A stretch of 64,000 nucleotides of DNA from Oscillospiraceae bacterium (GTDB taxonomy: Bacteria > Bacillota > Clostridia > Oscillospirales > Ruminococcaceae), in NCBI GenBank assembly GCA_009777445.1, contig WRLV01000002.1, positions 8,256-72,255 on the forward strand, written 5' to 3'. Numbering within the stretch: position 1 is the stretch's first letter; each line of letters opens with the position of its first letter. The translations under genes were made by a program, and so were the position numbers. The notes under the pieces were generated by a model. That model was not told the DNA's origin and searched no databases. It saw nothing but the letters and a program-made list of their open reading frames with translations. Positions 62,722-64,000 of this stretch are shown in pieces.

Positions 62722-63830
62722 AAAAATTAAAACTCGCGACCATAATCGGAACAAGGCCTGAAATTATCAAGCTCGCAGAAATCATCAAACTCGCTGATAG
62801 GGTTTTTGAGCATACGCTTGTGCATACTGGGCAAAATTATGATTATAGTTTGAACAAAGTGTTTTTTGAAGGGCTGAATATTCGAGAACCTGATTTTTAT
62901 TTAAATGTAGCGGGAGAAAATTTGGGAGCGACTATGGGGAATGTCATTACACATTCCTATAAAACCCTTATTGAGGTAAAGCCGGATGCTGTTTTGATTT
63001 TGGGCGACACTAATTCCGCGCTCTCGGCAATTTCAGCTAAACGCTTAAAAATCCCCATTTTTCACATGGAAGCGGGAAACAGATGTTTTGATGAAAACCT
63101 GCCCGAAGAAGTCAACCGCCGCATAGTAGACCATATAAGCGACGTGAATTTGACCTACAGCGAACAAGCGCGAAGAAACCTGCTTGCTGAGGGGGGTAAT
63201 CTTGCCTATACTTTCGTTGTCGGCTCTCCCATGCGTGAGGTGTTAGACAAAAACAGTTGTAACTCAGATGTTGTTGAGCGGCTTGGCTTGACAAAAGATG
63301 GCTATATATTGTTGTCTGCTCACAGAGAAGAAAATATTGACATTGAGCAAAATTTCTATGAACTCATCGGGGCGATAAACGCTTTAGCTTCTCGTTATAA
63401 AATGCCTGTTCTTTATTCTGTTCATCCCCGAAGCCAAAAAGCAATTAACGCACGCGCGGTTAAGTTTAACCCGCTTGTGAGAACGCACGAACCATTTGGA
63501 TTTTCGGATTATATACAGCTACAACAAAACGCTTTTTGCGTGGTATCAGACAGCGGGACGTTAGCGGAAGAATCATCAATTTTAAACTTCCCGGCGGTAT
63601 CAGCGCGAACAAGCACAGAGAGACAAGAAGCAATAGAACGAGGTGGCATGATTGTGGGGGGAATTGGTGAGACGGCCATTCTACAAGCAGTCGAATTGGC
63701 AACCGCACTAAAAGACACGCAAAGCGCCGCCGTTTTAGACTACAATGATATAAACGTTAGTAATAAAGTCTGCAAAATTATACAGGGGTATACCGATGTT
63801 GTGAATAGGATGGTATGGAGGAAATTTTAA
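62718..63830 (+). CDS. UDP-N-acetylglucosamine 2-epimerase (non-hydrolysing), CapG/FnlC/WecB family
   Basis: IIGTRPEIIKL, HTGQNYDY, GDTNS, HMEAGNRCFD, SAHREEN and SDSGTLAEES motifs. Confidence 0.85.
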   Translation: MKKLKLATIIGTRPEIIKLAEIIKLADRVFEHTLVHTGQNYDYSLNKVFFEGLNIREPDFYLNVAGENLGATMGNVITHSYKTLIEVKPDAVLILGDTNSALSAISAKRLKIPIFHMEAGNRCFDENLPEEVNRRIVDHISDVNLTYSEQARRNLLAEGGNLAYTFVVGSPMREVLDKNSCNSDVVERLGLTKDGYILLSAHREENIDIEQNFYELIGAINALASRYKMPVLYSVHPRSQKAINARAVKFNPLVRTHEPFGFSDYIQLQQNAFCVVSDSGTLAEESSILNFPAVSARTSTERQEAIERGGMIVGGIGETAILQAVELATALKDTQSAAVLDYNDINVSNKVCKIIQGYTDVVNRMVWRKF

Positions 63831-63878
63831 AAAATGACGAAAATGGATGATGCAACCCCCAAAAGAAAGGAAAAACCC

Positions 63879-64000
63879 ATGACCAACATAATAAAACTAA
63901 AACTCGACATCGTATTCAAAAAAACCTTCACCGAGCATGACGACTTGCTGAAGTTCATGTTAATGCACTTACTCAATCTATCATCAATCACAAAAATAGT
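63879..64000 (+). CDS. Third Rpn-like PD-(D/E)XK family gene, N-terminal fragment (runs off the window)
   Basis: MTNIIKLKLDIVFKKTFTEHDDLLKFMLMHLLNL matches the N-terminal D.VFK..F signature of the family. An in-frame ATG at 63834 is an alternative start. Confidence 0.55.
   Translation, partial: MTNIIKLKLDIVFKKTFTEHDDLLKFMLMHLLNLSSITKI

Overview
This is a 64-kb chromosomal window from a low-GC Firmicute. Dockerin-tagged proteins, a GH77 MalQ and a MalT-like regulator suggest a Ruminococcaceae-type gut anaerobe, but that is inference. The window opens with the origin-proximal gdpP-like/rplI/dnaB block. Most of the rest is housekeeping: valS, rqcH, nif3, nth-trmK, rsmI, ilvE, cimA, apgM, malQ, bioY, ireB and a CapE/CapG-type nucleotide-sugar cluster. 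Sensory genes include a sensory-type [FeFe]-hydrogenase fused to an MCP domain with an adjacent PP2C phosphatase, a BvgS-like hybrid kinase with a double-REC regulator, and a MalT/LuxR STAND regulator. Two giant dockerin-bearing surface proteins are present (about 1,583 and 2,324 aa). There are three Rpn-like PD-(D/E)XK genes, several toxin-antitoxin modules of which two are decayed, and one tRNA-Thr. The strongest signal is a Hin-type inverton at 42956..43121. Two perfect 26/27-bp hix-like inverted repeats bracket a 112-bp segment that carries a consensus extended -10 promoter. The switch sits directly between a small serine invertase gene and the 2,324-aa LRR/dockerin gene. In this assembly the promoter points away from that gene, so it is in the OFF orientation. 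The second notable signal is a composite intergenic repeat family with at least 11 copies. It is built from CAATTGA heptads followed by GC hairpins and a terminator module. The heptads lie against the stop of an adjacent gene in 9 of the 11 loci, always in that gene's sense orientation. They place TGA in all three frames and supply the stop codon itself in 8 of those 9. All protein calls come from reading the translated ORFs for motifs. No database search was possible.
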